Shown: positions 10,866 to 19,915, numbered from the stretch's first letter. The stretch: DNA of 64,000 nucleotides from Trueperaceae bacterium (GCA_965213705.1 OZ243913.1:2176001-2240000), one strand, 5' to 3'. Notes: a model not told the origin generated them from the sequence alone. Numbers and translations are program-made.

Positions 10866-11244
10866 ATGCCCAAACAACCCATCACCACCTGGCTGCGGCC
10901 GCACATTTACAAGCACCTTCAAGACCTCGCCGGGGCCAAAGGCTTGACCGTCACGCCCGCTCCTGACCTCGGACCAGGTGCGAATGCTGCCGCGAGACAA
11001 GACCGTCATTTTCAGCGACAACTACCCACCCATCCTCGCGGACCGGCTGGGGTATCAGAACATGCGGGTGTTGAAGGCGCGGAGTGAGTTCGGTCCGACG
11101 AGCATCCCCAAGGCTTCCCTACGCCCTACAACCAAGCCTTTGACGCTATTGGGAGACGGAACGTTCACCAAACCCGAGAAGAGCAAACCACTTTCAGAGG
11201 AAGCAGAGCAAGGAAGGTACATCGATCCGGAAACGCAGGCTTGA
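10866..11244 (+). pseudogene. fused relics: RHH-type N-terminus plus VirD4/TraG coupling-protein C-terminus
   Basis: MPKQPITTWLRPHIYKHLQDLAGAKGLTV joined out of frame near 10950 to SRPLLTSDQVRMLPRDKTVIFSDNYPPILADRLGY. Confidence 0.6.
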
Positions 11245-11321
11245 GTCGCGCAGTTAAAAAAGTCTCAACCGGCCACAGTGGGAGTAGCCAGTCAACCGTC
11301 CCGCTGTGGCTGCTCTCTAGT

Positions 11322-12570
11322 TCGTTCATCCCCACGCACGTGGGGAATAGGTCATCCTTTTCCTTCCTTGTCTTCGCTTTTACGGTTCATCCCCACGTGC
11401 GTGGGGAACAGCTCCTAACACAACCGACTTGTTGGCCCAAAGACGGTTCATCCCCACGTGCGTGGGGAACAGGTTCGCGTGGCAATGGCCCGAGTAGCGC
11501 CACTCGGTTCATCCCCACGTGCGTGGGGAACAGTCTTTTGGTTTGTAAGTTTGTAGTGCTGTCTACGGTTCATCCCCACGTGCGTGGGGAACAGATTACC
11601 AGCCCCAGGCTGCTAGAGTTGTCTTGCGGTTCATCCCCACGTGCGTGGGGAACAGCGTCGTCTAAATCCTTGCGCTGCTTGAAGGCGCGGTTCATCCCCA
11701 CGTGCGTGGGGAACAGACTTGTACCGATGCTCGCCAAAGCAAGCTCGGCGGTTCATCCCCACGTGCGTGGGGAACAGGTTGAAGGCGTCCATCGCGCCCG
11801 ACGTGACGGCGGTTCATCCCCACGTGCGTGGGGAACAGGTCTCGCGTGGCGGGCTGCTGGGCTTCTTAGGCGGTTCATCCCCACGTGCGTGGGGAACAGG
11901 TCCTCTACTATCGGCAGCTGCGGCAGGTTGGCGGTTCATCCCCACGTGCGTGGGGAACAGGGGTCGGGTGGGTCGGAAGGCAAGGGCAACTTCGGTTCAT
12001 CCCCACGTGCGTGGGGAACAGGGTAGCGGAAAGCGGGCCGCTGTGAATTGTTCCGGTTCATCCCCACGTGCGTGGGGAACAGCCCACCAAGAACGAACGC
12101 GGCACTCGCGTCTGCGGTTCATCCCCACGTGCGTGGGGAACAGGTTGGCGAGCACCGGGTCGACCTCGGTCGGGTCGGTTCATCCCCACGTGCGTGGGGA
12201 ACAGGCGGGTGTACTTGCTTGCGGCTGGTGCCATTACGGTTCATCCCCACGTGCGTGGGGAACAGAACAGGGTCACACCAATAACTTCGAACTCCCACGG
12301 TTCATCCCCACGTGCGTGGGGAACAGGACACGGTAGTTGCGGCGGTTCCCCAGTATCTCGGTTCATCCCCACGTGCGTGGGGAACAGTGAACGACATAAA
12401 AAACAAACTCGAACACGCTCGGTTCATCCCCACGTGCGTGGGGAACAGCTTGCTGTTGTGGTCGGCGTGGTCGTACTTCTCGGTTCATCCCCACGTGCGT
12501 GGGGAACAGGGCGTCGTTTATGCTATTTAGGACGGTTCCGACGGTTCATCCCCACGTGCGTGGGGAACAG
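11322..12570 (-). CRISPR. type I-E CRISPR array 1: 21 repeats (1 degenerate trailer), 20 spacers of 32 nt
   Basis: 29-nt repeat CTGTTCCCCACGCACGTGGGGATGAACCG (minus strand) with 61-nt period; degenerate repeat at 11322; leader on the cas2 side. Confidence 0.98.
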
Positions 12571-12632
12571 ACTAGACCAGCACGTAAAAACTAGCCTTCG
12601 GAGGCCCCTATGTCTCCTTTAGAGTTGTCATG
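12571..12632 (-). promoter_or_regulatory. leader of CRISPR array 1 (overlaps the cas2 3' end)
   Basis: shares ACTAGACC...AAAAACTA...AGTTGTCA blocks with the array 2 leader. Confidence 0.7.
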
Positions 12633-12944
12633 GTCCTCAGCGGGTTCGACGAACATCTGTTCCCAGGCTGCATTTTTCACCGCCACCAATTGTACGCCAT
12701 CCAAGTCGATGACGCTTCGCTCGACATCGCCCGCCATACGAATGGCGAACCCTTGTTCGTTGTTGACTCGGTAAACCTGACAGCAGCGGCCTGTGCGCTT
12801 ACTCTCTTCGCACTTTTCCCACAGTAGGTCGCGCACGAGCGCGCTCAACTTGCCGACGAACACGCCGGTGGACACCTCAATCATCCAGCGGCTCAACTCG
12901 CCCCGCAAACTCGCCGGCACCTTCTCTAAAGTCATTACCACCAT
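12591..12944 (-). CDS. cas2: type I-E Cas2
   Basis: MVVMTLEKVPASLRGELSRWMIEVSTGVFVG, NEQGF, IDLDG. Confidence 0.95.
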   Translation of the reverse strand: MVVMTLEKVPASLRGELSRWMIEVSTGVFVGKLSALVRDLLWEKCEESKRTGRCCQVYRVNNEQGFAIRMAGDVERSVIDLDGVQLVAVKNAAWEQMFVEPAEDHDNSKGDIGASEG

Positions 12945-13860
12945 AGCTCACACCTCCTTTCACATCGCCGCCCGGGTCCCACAGCTCGCCGGGAGCTGCG
13001 CCGTCCGCCGCGAAACGTTCACCGTTTTCAGAATCGCCGCTGAACAGGCTGTGCAGGTCGCTGACGACGCGCTCGAGCAGCCGACTCTCGCGCATGGCGT
13101 CCCGAAGCCGGTGGCGGATGCGGCTTTCGACGCCTTCAGCGGATTCGCCCACCGTTTCGAACGCGGCGGGCACGACCACCTCGGTTTTGTACAGGTCGGC
13201 GATGTCGTAGACGAAAGAAAGTTGCTTGCCGGTGTGGACGAAGCCGAGCGCGGGGCTGTAGCCCGCCGAGACGATGCCCGCGTGGCAGACGCCGTACAAA
13301 CAGGCCGCCCCCGCCGAAAGCGCCCGGTTGATGGGGTCGGCGTTGCCCCAACTGCCGCGGCGGTACGAGCGGCCCGACCACGCCACGCCCGCTTCGGCGC
13401 TCGCTCTAGCGTAAATGGTGCGCACCCGCACACCTTCCTTGCCGCGAATCTGTTGCAGGGTGAGGCCGGGCTCGAGGCCGTCCGTAAAACGCATGGTGTA
13501 CATCTGCCGGACGACGTTCAGGTGTTTAACCGGGTCGGCCCACCACTGGGCTTGCCGCATGAGGTTGGCGCTGCTGCGCGTTTCACCCAAACCGCTCGCG
13601 TAGAAGCGCACGCCTTCCTCGCCGACCCAATTGACCAAGCAGCCGTTGTCGGCCAGCGCCTTGACGGCTTCGTGCGTGATGCTGGTGCCGGGGCCGAGCA
13701 TGAGGACGCCCAAGCTGGATACCGGCACGCTGACCTTGCCCTCCGCGCCGTACCAGGCAACGGCTTTGGCTTCTTGTTCGATGCGCCCGCGTTCGATGTA
13801 GAGGTACGAGAGGCTGTCGCGGAACTTGGGGAGTTCGCGGAGGTTTTTCGACGTTGCCAT
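12877..13860 (-). CDS. cas1: type I-E Cas1
   Basis: LGPGTSITHEA, WVGEEGVRFY, IRGKEGVRVR, PALGFVHTG, SFVYDIADLYK. Confidence 0.96.
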   Translation of the reverse strand: MATSKNLRELPKFRDSLSYLYIERGRIEQEAKAVAWYGAEGKVSVPVSSLGVLMLGPGTSITHEAVKALADNGCLVNWVGEEGVRFYASGLGETRSSANLMRQAQWWADPVKHLNVVRQMYTMRFTDGLEPGLTLQQIRGKEGVRVRTIYARASAEAGVAWSGRSYRRGSWGNADPINRALSAGAACLYGVCHAGIVSAGYSPALGFVHTGKQLSFVYDIADLYKTEVVVPAAFETVGESAEGVESRIRHRLRDAMRESRLLERVVSDLHSLFSGDSENGERFAADGAAPGELWDPGGDVKGGVSYGGNDFREGAGEFAGRVEPLDD

Positions 13861-13861
13861 G

Positions 13862-14470
13862 TCAGCCTTTCGCAATCGAAAGGAGGCCCATACCGAAACC
13901 CTTGGCAGAACCGACGCCCGCTTTGAGAGTTGCTAAAAAAGCTGCCGGTTCCTCCACCACCAACCGCCCTTGGAAGGTAACGGCGTGAAGCGTCATAGTT
14001 TGGCTGTCCCGCTTTGCTTGAAGAGTTTCTTGTTGTAAGGGCGTGACGGACAAGAGGGCAAAACCACCCTGTTCCGCTTTGCGCTGAAGCCACTCGAGCT
14101 GCTCGTCTAAGTCGTATAAGGCCAGCCGCTTTTTCTTGTTCCCGACAGTACGCTTGACTGTGGGATTGGCTCGCAGGTGAAACGTGAGGGTCTGACCTTG
14201 CGCAAAAGCGAGGTCTACAGCTTTAGACGCTGGAGCTTCTTTCAAGTAACTGGGGGGCACATCTTCGACAAGATACGACCAGTCCGGTTTGTGGAGCGTC
14301 TGCACTATAATGTTGATTTGGTTTTGTCCGTCGACCCGCCACAACAGCCGCTCATCCTCCTGCGCTACGCCCCGGCTCAGTGTGCGGTGAAGGTCGTAAG
14401 GGTTTTCTAGGTCACGGCGGGCTTTGGCGCTGCGCAGGTTCGGCGTGAGTTTGGAGAGGTACAGACTCAT
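13862..14470 (-). CDS. cas6e: Cas6e (Cse3/CasE) crRNA-processing endonuclease
   Basis: YDLHRTL, LRANPT and C-terminal G-loop GVGSAKGFGMGLL. Confidence 0.95.
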   Translation of the reverse strand: MSLYLSKLTPNLRSAKARRDLENPYDLHRTLSRGVAQEDERLLWRVDGQNQINIIVQTLHKPDWSYLVEDVPPSYLKEAPASKAVDLAFAQGQTLTFHLRANPTVKRTVGNKKKRLALYDLDEQLEWLQRKAEQGGFALLSVTPLQQETLQAKRDSQTMTLHAVTFQGRLVVEEPAAFLATLKAGVGSAKGFGMGLLSIAKG

Positions 14471-15132
14471 GCGGCGTCCTCGAAAGGGTTGGGGCGGCTC
14501 TCGACGAGCACGCGGCGCTGCCCGAACTTGCGTGTTGAGAACGGCCCGAGCGGCTGGTCGGCGCGGAGGTGTGTGCCCCGCGGGTCCTCGGTGGCAAAGC
14601 GCAGGGTCGCGCGCCCCGACGCCGCGGGGTGAAGGGGTGGAAAAGTCGTGAGAGCCGCGCCGAGGGGTTCGTCTCTCAGTCCTTTGGGCAAGTAAACGCC
14701 GGGGCTAGGTACGAAGGATTTACGACCCAGAGAGAGCGGCCAGTGAGGCGTTTTGAGGACTCGGTGGAGGGTAGCTAAAAAAGACTTATCGGGATGCTCG
14801 AGTCCGACCAGAAAAACTGCGTCCGCTAAGTAAAAGCGCTCGCTTACCGAGTTGCGCATGTTTCGGTTGCTGTTCAACCTGCCATCCGCCTGTACAATTT
14901 CTTGGGCGGTGTGGTAATCGCGTTTCAAAACACCTTCTTTATCCACCCGCACACCCATTTTGAGCGCCGCCAAGTCGCTCACGTCCTCGCTGCGGTCGCG
15001 CCCCAGGGCGGCGGCCAACAGCCCCACAACTCCGCTCTTACTGGGCTCTAGGTGTGTATCTCGCTGCTCGAAGCGGCTGCTCGTGCCCCAGGCCTGCATG
15101 GGTCCGGCGAGACGTAGTAGAAGCGTCGGCAT
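14467..15132 (-). CDS. cas5e: Cas5e (CasD)
   Basis: LLLRLAGPMQAWG, PSKSGVVGLLAAALG, DYHT, YLADA, LGRKS. Confidence 0.96.
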   Translation of the reverse strand: MPTLLLRLAGPMQAWGTSSRFEQRDTHLEPSKSGVVGLLAAALGRDRSEDVSDLAALKMGVRVDKEGVLKRDYHTAQEIVQADGRLNSNRNMRNSVSERFYLADAVFLVGLEHPDKSFLATLHRVLKTPHWPLSLGRKSFVPSPGVYLPKGLRDEPLGAALTTFPPLHPAASGRATLRFATEDPRGTHLRADQPLGPFSTRKFGQRRVLVESRPNPFEDAA

Positions 15133-16289
15133 TACGCACCCACAGCACGTTTGGCTGCCGCGACGCTTGAGGTGACAACGTCCTCTAAGCTCTCGCGTAC
15201 GTTAGCCGCCAAGTGCGCCAAGTCGCCCGTCAACTTGAGCACCGCGACCTCGTTTGCGTCGCCCACACCGAGCGCTTTATCGAAGGCAGCCCACTGCTCG
15301 TCCAAACGCGCTACCGACGCCTCTGTAAGAGAATACTTCCGGTCCGGGCGCACAGGTTTTTCAAAGGCGTTGGCGAGGTTGCGCGGTGCGGCATCGGAGC
15401 GCACGCTCACGGCGAAAAAACCGGGCGGGTTGTGGGCTGCAAAGCTGTTCTGTTTGCCCGAAGGCGCGGCGAAGTAGCTCGCCTCGAGAAAAGCTTTGAG
15501 CCCCTTTTCTAAAAGCTGGCTGTCACCCTGTAAGTTGTCAGCCAGCTTTTCTAAGTCGAGCGCGATGTAGCGATAGTAGCAGGCGCTGTTGAATTCGACC
15601 GTGCCGAGCATGTCCGCGCCCGCGTTGTCCTCCGGTTTTAGGTCGTCTACAGCGGTGTAAAAATCGAACTCGCGCTGCACCGCGTTGGTGCTGATGGCGT
15701 GGGCTACCTGGCAGGCGGCGTCACGGTTTTTTTCGGGCAGGTCGGCGAGCATCCGCCCAAAGAGGGCCAAGTCTACGGCCTTGCCGCCGTCCAAACTTTT
15801 CTCGAGGGCGGCAACGAGGTCTTTCTGAACATTACCCTTCGCGTCCTTTTTCGACTTTTTCTTGTCATCTTCCGCTGGGATAGCTTTGCGCAGCTCATCC
15901 CAATATGCGTCGATGCTGTTTGCCATATCTCGGATTTCGCTTTTGCCCAGGTAAAGAAGATACTGCGTCTTGCCCTCGTCCACGCTGAGCGACAGGCCCG
16001 CCAACGCGAGTTCGACTACCTTCCCAGCTTCGGCCATGTTCCGGCCCTTTTGCTCGAGTTGCCCGACCAGCTCGGCGGTTATGCGTTTGGTACGCACGGC
16101 CAGCGCGTCATCCTCAAGAAGTTTCTCGGCGCGAACATAGGTCCGCATGGCTCGCTTCAAGCTTTGCGAACTGATGCGGGCGCGGCGGTAGCCGCCGAAC
16201 TCGCAGTCTTTGGGGCTGCCGGTGTCGTCACGGTTCAAGTTGCTGGGGGCGAAGTTTTGCAGGGCGTGGATTTCTAGGAGTGCTTTCAT
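15132..16289 (-). CDS. cas7e: Cas7e (Cse4/CasC)
   Basis: [50 protein letters not shown]. Confidence 0.97.
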   Translation of the reverse strand: MKALLEIHALQNFAPSNLNRDDTGSPKDCEFGGYRRARISSQSLKRAMRTYVRAEKLLEDDALAVRTKRITAELVGQLEQKGRNMAEAGKVVELALAGLSLSVDEGKTQYLLYLGKSEIRDMANSIDAYWDELRKAIPAEDDKKKSKKDAKGNVQKDLVAALEKSLDGGKAVDLALFGRMLADLPEKNRDAACQVAHAISTNAVQREFDFYTAVDDLKPEDNAGADMLGTVEFNSACYYRYIALDLEKLADNLQGDSQLLEKGLKAFLEASYFAAPSGKQNSFAAHNPPGFFAVSVRSDAAPRNLANAFEKPVRPDRKYSLTEASVARLDEQWAAFDKALGVGDANEVAVLKLTGDLAHLAANVRESLEDVVTSSVAAAKRAVGA

Positions 16290-16867
16290 CGGGGTCCTTT
16301 CTGGTTTTCTTTTGTGTCGGAGGTGTCGGGAACATCGGGGTTAAAGCCGTAGTACTGTTGCGCCCAGCGGCGCTGAACATAGCGGCTCTGGTTTTGCCAG
16401 CCAAAGAGGTCGCGGAGTAGTGCCGCGTAGTTTAGGCCGATGCCCTCAGCTTTTAGCAGGCTGACGAGTTGGCGCAAGTGGTAGACGAGCTGTTTCTCTT
16501 CTTCCGCAGCCAAGAGCGCGAGAAAACGTTTCTCCAGGCTCCCGCTCTCGCGCCTGTGACTAAGAACCGCCATTGCCTTGCCGAAACCCCCCTGAGAGGC
16601 GGACTCTGGATGAGAGGCGTAGAGCCCCGCGACGAGGTAGAACATGGCGCGTCGCCAGTAGCCTGTGCTTTCGTCCAGCGTTGCGACGAACGGCTCGACG
16701 TAGGGGAATGCTGGAACATGCGTGCCCAGGTCGAAGCTGAGACTTTTTCTAAGCTCGGCCAAGTGTTGCCGTTTGGCTCCCCGCGTTTTGGCCGGGTTGA
16801 GCTTATCCAGGCGATGAATAAAGCGTTCGGCTACATCTGTTCGTGTGCTCGAGGGCGTGTCTGTCAT
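16286..16867 (-). CDS. cse2: Cas11e (Cse2/CasB)
   Basis: helical protein with [35 protein letters not shown]; lies between cas8e and cas7e. Confidence 0.93.
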   Translation of the reverse strand: MTDTPSSTRTDVAERFIHRLDKLNPAKTRGAKRQHLAELRKSLSFDLGTHVPAFPYVEPFVATLDESTGYWRRAMFYLVAGLYASHPESASQGGFGKAMAVLSHRRESGSLEKRFLALLAAEEEKQLVYHLRQLVSLLKAEGIGLNYAALLRDLFGWQNQSRYVQRRWAQQYYGFNPDVPDTSDTKENQKGPR

Positions 16868-18378
16868 GCTGCCTCCTGTGGGGCTGGCCCAGTGGTTTCT
16901 TCGCGCAGGCGTTTGAGGTAGGTGTTGACGACCTTGCTCGCCTCAGCCCCGGCCCGCCAGGCGCGCTCGTTTTCCCCGGCGCTCTTTAAGGCAAGCTCCC
17001 AGGCTTCGCGCGTCACGGCGGTGATTTGCCCCAACCACCAACTGAACCGCTCCTCAAAGGTTTGAGTCTCGAAGCGCTCCAGCAGTTCGGGAAAGCGGGT
17101 CTCGAGCCTGCTCCAGTAGTGCATACTGGCGGGAAAGCTCGAGGCTAAGTTGCGAACATCTGCCGGGTCGGGTTTGCGTTCGCCGACGCTCAGTAACTTC
17201 TCCGCCAGGCGCTGCGTCGCGCCGTAGAGGGTGCGCCCGCCGTCGTCGGCGTACTCGAGCAGCCGCTTCATACCGGCGTAAGCTCCCGGTTGGAGGAGCA
17301 CCTGCGGTACATTGAACTGCTCGGTGCGCCACAGCACGATTTTGGCTTTGTCGTTGCTCAGGCCGGAAATTAATAGGGTGAGGGGGTCGCTGCGCTCGAG
17401 GACTGCGTACAGATTGCTCGCGTGTTTTACTGTCTGAGGCGCAAAAAACTTTTTGCCTTCAGGATCATCAGGATGAGGTATAAGTGCGTGAAAGTCCCGC
17501 CAGAATGCCTTGTATTTGTTGAAGGATACCGGCAGAAGCCCCCGCTTGTCGTCCCTGCGGTAGGCCAGCATGGGGTCGAGACTGCCTTCACTATCAAACT
17601 TGATTCCTGCCGCATAATGCAGCGCCGACACGGGCTTGCCTTCCTCGGGTTCTTGCAACTTAACGATGCGCGTCAGCCAGGTGTAACGCTCGGTGAGCCC
17701 TCTCGCGCCGCGCGGTTTGGCGGCTTTTACCGCCGCGCTCTTTGGTGTTCCTTGCTCCCAAATAGGCGCGTCATCCTCATTCGCCTCTTCAAAGTAAGGA
17801 ACGAGGTTGAGAACCAGTGTCTCGAACAGATTGCGACCTTGCGGCAGCACGAACGCCGCGCCGCCTGCCGGGCTGGGGCTGTAGCCCGCGCCCTCGGGGA
17901 TGGCGGTCATCTGCCGGGTCACGAGCAGTTGCGCGATTTCGGCGTGCGTCAACTCCGGCGGGTCGGCCTCCGCGGTGTGGTCGAAGAGGAGTTTGTTCGT
18001 GCCGCTGGCGAGTTCGGCTGCGAGCCGGGCGACCCCAGACACCTTATCTTCCGAGTCTGGCACCTGATAGAAGGGCCTTTCAGGGTGGAACAGGTCGAAG
18101 CGGTCTTGCCAGTGCTTGAGATAAGCGCCGACGCGCTCCGCCGGGAACCGACCCTGTTCGAACAACTCGACCCCTTCGTCGGTAGTGCGTGGCCCGTCCA
18201 GCGCCCGGTACAGCACAGCTAATAAAAAGCGGTGCAGCGCCGGGAGTACGGCGGGGGAGGAGTGGACTAGCCGCGCGTAGCGGTGGGCGTTTAACAAAAC
18301 CCCCTTTAGCGAGTCCTGGCCTAGCGAGCCGTCTGAGTTTTCGACCGGCAGCCAAGGTTCATGGACGAGGTTAAACAT
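16864..18378 (-). CDS. cas8e: Cas8e (Cse1/CasA)
   Basis: FNLVHEPWLPV, RFDLFHPERPFYQ, G.NLFETLVLN, AFWRDF; AAGGAGG RBS. Confidence 0.94.
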   Translation of the reverse strand: MFNLVHEPWLPVENSDGSLGQDSLKGVLLNAHRYARLVHSSPAVLPALHRFLLAVLYRALDGPRTTDEGVELFEQGRFPAERVGAYLKHWQDRFDLFHPERPFYQVPDSEDKVSGVARLAAELASGTNKLLFDHTAEADPPELTHAEIAQLLVTRQMTAIPEGAGYSPSPAGGAAFVLPQGRNLFETLVLNLVPYFEEANEDDAPIWEQGTPKSAAVKAAKPRGARGLTERYTWLTRIVKLQEPEEGKPVSALHYAAGIKFDSEGSLDPMLAYRRDDKRGLLPVSFNKYKAFWRDFHALIPHPDDPEGKKFFAPQTVKHASNLYAVLERSDPLTLLISGLSNDKAKIVLWRTEQFNVPQVLLQPGAYAGMKRLLEYADDGGRTLYGATQRLAEKLLSVGERKPDPADVRNLASSFPASMHYWSRLETRFPELLERFETQTFEERFSWWLGQITAVTREAWELALKSAGENERAWRAGAEASKVVNTYLKRLREETTGPAPQEAA

Positions 18379-18413
18379 TTCGGCCTCCTTTCAAAAGTAG
18401 TGTAAGAGGGGGG

Positions 18414-18432
18414 TGCGTCATGTAGTGACGTC
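18414..18432. promoter_or_regulatory. palindromic operator-like site at the cas8e promoter
   Basis: GCGTCA-N5-TGACGT just upstream of a minus-strand TACACT -10 box (18399-18404). Confidence 0.5.
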
Positions 18433-18435
18433 GCC

Positions 18436-18470
18436 AAAATAAAGAAGTGAGGCGCGGGATGCGCCTCACT
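18436..18470 (-). terminator. rho-independent terminator
   Basis: minus strand AGTGAGGCGC-ATCCC-GCGCCTCACT followed by TCTTTATTTT. Confidence 0.8.
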
Positions 18471-18474
18471 ACGG

Positions 18475-18657
18475 CTAACGGTCTACGTCATTATCGAACG
18501 AGCTTGTCAGCATCAACTTTTGCCACTCTCCGTGTCGAAGGTTCAAGGCCGACTGAAAGTGGGGCCAGAACTTCCATAGCACGGGGCGGTCTCGCTCATC
18601 AACCTGGTATAGGCTGTCTCTAAAGGCTTGATAGGTTGCGTCATCTATGTCAAGCAG
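18475..18657 (-). CDS. candidate 60-aa small protein (CTG start); possible Cascade-repressed toxin
   Basis: open frame LLDIDDATYQAFRDSLYQVDERDRPVLWKFWPHF... ending just before the terminator; GAGGA 9 nt upstream of CTG, inside a hairpin; not in the ORF track. Confidence 0.4.
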   Translation of the reverse strand: MLDIDDATYQAFRDSLYQVDERDRPVLWKFWPHFQSALNLRHGEWQKLMLTSSFDNDVDR

Positions 18658-18826
18658 AGCACCACATCCTCACTTTGGTGAGAGGATGCCCTTCACGCTT
18701 GACCCCCACGTGACCAAGATTTAGAGCGGGGGTGGTAGATTAAGGTGAAGGACATATTCCTTCGGTGAAGAGCGAGATGACTATTGGAGTAGGAGTCTCG
18801 CTCTTCTCGTTTGCGGTCACGAGCTT

Positions 18827-18855
18827 ACAGTAGCTCGAGTTCTTTCGAAAGTCAA
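18827..18855 (-). promoter_or_regulatory. sigma70-type promoter
   Basis: minus strand TTGACT-17 nt-TACTGT. Confidence 0.7.
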
Positions 18856-18860
18856 TGATA

Positions 18861-18888
18861 TTTATCCTCTTGCAGAGGAGTTGTACTT
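18861..18888 (-). promoter_or_regulatory. AAG-PAM target site of the mini-array spacer
   Basis: AAG-TACAACTCCTCTGCAAGAGGATAAA versus spacer TACAAGTCCTTTGCATAAGGTAAAA (19/25 identical). Confidence 0.75.
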
Positions 18889-18908
18889 AACTTCATCAGG
18901 TGACGTCA

Positions 18909-18991
18909 AATATAAACCCCACATTAGTGGGGAAGTTTTTTACCTTATGCAAAGGACTTGTATGGTTCATCCCAACGTTGTCGGGAAAATA
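18909..18991 (-). ncRNA. crRNA-like regulatory RNA (creA/creR-like): degenerate repeat, 25-nt spacer, degenerate repeat
   Basis: minus strand TATTTTCCCGACAACGTTGGG|ATGAACCA, spacer, AACTTCCCCACTAATGTGGGG; hairpins retained (one G-U pair) and handle 7/8 identical to ATGAACCG. Confidence 0.75.
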
Positions 18992-19051
18992 CTTCATTAT
19001 CTATTCTACCCATAACCGTTGTACCTACGTGGTGCAGGACTATCTTTTGGG

Positions 19052-19450
19052 CTACCCTGTTACTCCCTCTGCTTTTTCATCGGGCTTTATGCTGAGCGGT
19101 TTTGGCGCGGTAGCTTCAAGCATTGGTACAAACAGCGTAGCGACCTCATCACGGGTCTCGGCATCTTGCAAGGTGATGTCAAGACGGCACCCTACCGCGT
19201 GGGCGTAGCGGCTGAGCACCTCGAGCGCTAATGCCGTACCCTCGACACTTTCAATCTGCGATACGCGTGGACGCGTCACGCCCATGCGCTCGGCAACCTC
19301 ACGCTGGCTCAAACCCTTAGCCTCACGCATAGCGCGCAGCGCCGCTCCAATCTCTTCGTTAGCGACCTCACGGTACAGAGCAGCGTAACCGGGGTCTTGC
19401 AAAAACTCTTTGCTTAGGTCGCTCGCTCGTTTCAAGGGACGTTTTGGCAT
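19052..19450 (-). CDS. XRE/HigA-type HTH antitoxin
   Basis: LRAMREAKGLSQREVAERMGVTRPRVSQIES cro/C1 HTH; lies downstream of a RelE-like toxin gene. Confidence 0.85.
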   Translation of the reverse strand: MPKRPLKRASDLSKEFLQDPGYAALYREVANEEIGAALRAMREAKGLSQREVAERMGVTRPRVSQIESVEGTALALEVLSRYAHAVGCRLDITLQDAETRDEVATLFVPMLEATAPKPLSIKPDEKAEGVTG

Positions 19451-19454
19451 GGCG

Positions 19455-19814
19455 TTACTCCTTGTTATATTCCTCGTAAGCTGCCAAAGCTTTCCTAATA
19501 AGCTTACGGTCAGCTTGGTTCTGCTGCTTCACCTCTCCCGCGGCGGCGATGAATATATTTTTGTCCTGTTGCCAGTAATAAATGCGTACGGCGTTACGTC
19601 CGGTTTTGCCGCGCAGTTCGTAAATCGGCCCATCTATATGACTGACGTAGGGAAACGACAGTGTTTTACCTTTGTCCTCGAGCAGCGCGATGAGCCAATC
19701 GACTTTCGCAGAAGCTTTAGGATTGGAGCGTCTAAGCACCTTGCGCCACTCCCGGAACTCGGAGTAACCGTTTTCGTCCTCGTACTCATAAACAATGTAC
19801 GGTGTAGAACTCAC
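19455..19814 (-). CDS. RelE/HigB (Gp49-like) toxin
   Basis: FPYVSHIDGPIYELR...VRIYY pattern; toxin-first gene order. Confidence 0.85.
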   Translation of the reverse strand: MSSTPYIVYEYEDENGYSEFREWRKVLRRSNPKASAKVDWLIALLEDKGKTLSFPYVSHIDGPIYELRGKTGRNAVRIYYWQQDKNIFIAAAGEVKQQNQADRKLIRKALAAYEEYNKE

Positions 19815-19915
19815 TACGTCCTCAATAGCATAGTAGTTGAAATAGTGGGGTTAGTCAAGGCTAACTTCCGCGCTTGCACAGCAAGCCCAGTTGTTTGTAA
19901 GGCTTCTGGGCAAAG

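Noticed and set aside
11241..12622. Long ORFs across CRISPR array 1 (and short ones at 24411-24668)
   Set aside because: They are translations of repeats and spacers, not genes.
18811..18842. CGAGCT/AGCTCG hairpin as a further pseudo-repeat
   Set aside because: No sequence similarity to the repeat stem; it straddles the predicted -10 box and is better read as a promoter palindrome.
18992..19044. Upstream hairpin plus 24-nt segment as another guide
   Set aside because: The handle is divergent and I found no PAM-flanked target in the window; the segment contains TAGAAT and may simply be the mini-array promoter.
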